DNA from: an uncultured delta proteobacterium
GTDB lineage: Bacteria; Desulfobacterota; Desulfobulbia; Desulfobulbales; BM004
Reading direction: 5' to 3'
Assembly (NCBI GenBank): GCA_963783905.1
Contig: CAWAPG010000005.1
Span: 120,576 to 184,575, forward strand
DNA: 64,000 bases
Positions 61,526 through 64,000 of this stretch are shown here, one piece after another. The first letter of the stretch is position 1; each line of letters opens with the position of its first letter. The notes beneath the pieces are model-generated. The model worked only from the letters and a program-made list of their open reading frames with translations, was not told the origin of the DNA and did no database searches. The translations under genes and the position numbers were made by a program.

Positions 61526-62284
61526 TCAATCATCCCCATCATCCCCATCCGTGGCGGCAGGTTGTGTATCATTTACTGCAGGTTTGGCGGCGAAAAGTCT
61601 GATGATGAGAATACCCGATTCGTACAGGGCGAAAAGCGGCAGGCAAAGAAGCACCGCTGCCGTGAAATCACCGGCGGCAAGAAGAACTGAAAGCACCAGA
61701 ATGGCAGGGTAAAAATATTTGCGGTTTTTGGCAAAATATTTGCGGTTGACCCAGCCGATTTTGGCAACGATCACCATCAGGAAGGGGATTTCAAAAGCCA
61801 GACCGAAGGCAAGGGAGGTGCGGGCCACAAATGTAAGATAGCCGGAAAGTTTCGGCAGCGGCGTGAGCTGCGGGTTGGCAAAGCCCATGAAAAAATGCAG
61901 GACCCGGGGCAGGACGATAAAAAAGGCAAAGCAGGCGCCGGCGGAAAAGAGCAGGGTTGCCCAGAAAACAACGGCGAGGGCGATTTTTTTCTCATTGGCA
62001 TGCAGCCCCGGGGCGAGAAACATCCACAGTTCATAAAGCAGGACCGGGACACTGAAAATTACCCCCAGAAGCAGCGAGAGTTTCAGGTAGGTGATAAAGG
62101 CCTCGGTCAGGTTGGTATAGATAAGTTTTATCAGGTCAGGTGAGGCAAGAAAAAGGGGGGTCATGAAGAAACGGGCAATCTGTTCGGCGAAAACATAGGA
62201 GAGTCCGGCAAAGAGAAATATTGCGCCAAACGAGACAATCAGCCTCCGGCGCAGTTCTACAAGATGGGCCGAGGTCGAGATCAT
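61526..62284 (-). CDS. tatC: Twin-arginine translocase subunit TatC
   Basis: [21 protein letters not shown]. Confidence 0.93.
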   Translation of the reverse strand: MISTSAHLVELRRRLIVSFGAIFLFAGLSYVFAEQIARFFMTPLFLASPDLIKLIYTNLTEAFITYLKLSLLLGVIFSVPVLLYELWMFLAPGLHANEKKIALAVVFWATLLFSAGACFAFFIVLPRVLHFFMGFANPQLTPLPKLSGYLTFVARTSLAFGLAFEIPFLMVIVAKIGWVNRKYFAKNRKYFYPAILVLSVLLAAGDFTAAVLLCLPLFALYESGILIIRLFAAKPAVNDTQPAATDGDDGDD

Positions 62285-62667
62285 GTACTGCTCTTGTTTT
62301 CCTCGGGTTCGGATTCTTTTGCTACCGAGGTGGCGCGACTGATCTCTTCAGTTGAGGCGCTTGTTCCTGGATCGGGTTCGGCTTCTTCGGAAATTTCCGT
62401 TGCTGGTTTTTCCGGTTTGGAATCTTCAGGAAGCTTTTTGTAAGCCTCAAGAAGTTTGTTGGGATGTTGCTTTAAATCTTCCGGGTCCCAGGATGGGGTC
62501 TCATTTTCATCTTCCTCAAAACTTTCCTTCAGGCTGGAGGCGGCTTTTTTCAGCTCAACGATACCCTTGCCCAGAGCCTTGGCCAGCTCGGGCAGTTTTT
62601 CAGGACCGACAACAATCAGGGCTATAGCCATGATAAGGATCAGTTCCGGAAGTCCAATGCCAAACAT
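62281..62667 (-). CDS. tatB: Twin-arginine translocase TatB/TatA subunit
   Basis: MFGIGLPEL...GPEKLP. Confidence 0.85.
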   Translation of the reverse strand: MFGIGLPELILIMAIALIVVGPEKLPELAKALGKGIVELKKAASSLKESFEEDENETPSWDPEDLKQHPNKLLEAYKKLPEDSKPEKPATEISEEAEPDPGTSASTEEISRATSVAKESEPEENKSST

Positions 62668-63028
62668 AGATTGAGATTACCTTTCAGTGGGTTCAAAGGG
62701 TTCAAAAATTTCAGAATGCAGAAACATGCCGGTTGCCCTCAATGATTCCGAATCGTCCACGTCGAATTCCGACGCCGGCAAACATTAATCTGTGCCCATC
62801 AGGAAGCGCAATGGTCAGCATTTCAGTTAAAAATATAATACCGGTATATGCAGCCCGCAATCTACGGTATTTCAAGGGAGGTGTCAAGAATCTGTAAACA
62901 TCGCCGACAGGTCTGATTGACTTTTGAGGATCCTTTGACTATGGTTGCTGGCGCTTGAAATATTTGGCGGTGTTTTTACAGAGAATAGAGAATCTTTTTT
63001 ACCGGATTTAGCTTTGAGGAGAAGGTAA

Positions 63029-64000
<972 letters not shown>

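Noticed and set aside
62690-62830. Possible structured ncRNA upstream of tatB
   Set aside because: Some GC stems but no recognisable family motif

Overview
Chromosomal segment with a gene repertoire typical of an anaerobic Desulfobacterota, probably Desulfobulbales-like (inferred from gene content). It holds about 58 genes and no rRNA, tRNA or CRISPR array. Main points: (1) A hidden selenoprotein. Two ORF-track rhodanese ORFs are one gene (857..2212, minus) encoding a signal peptide, a CxxCH heme motif and three rhodanese domains, with an in-frame UGA at YCGGPT-U, a SECIS-like hairpin and a sigma-54 promoter. (2) A sigma-54 operon for a tetraheme cytochrome/NrfC/NrfD quinol-oxidising module plus a reductive-type (epsilon-Hao-like) octaheme cytochrome. 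It is followed by a heme-c sensor kinase and NtrC-type regulator, and three GTTACC-N4-GGTAAC palindromes are candidate operators. (3) An egtD gene divergent from a molybdopterin oxidoreductase-cysteine desulfurase fusion, the architecture of metallopterin-dependent anaerobic ergothioneine synthase. (4) A Moco/Tuco riboswitch controlling moaA-moaCB-MOSC. (5) A group II intron 5' remnant, a perfect 26-bp inverted-repeat element, Fur-like and FNR/HcpR-like boxes, and three single-base frameshifts that may be assembly errors. All assignments come from motif recognition; no database searches were run.
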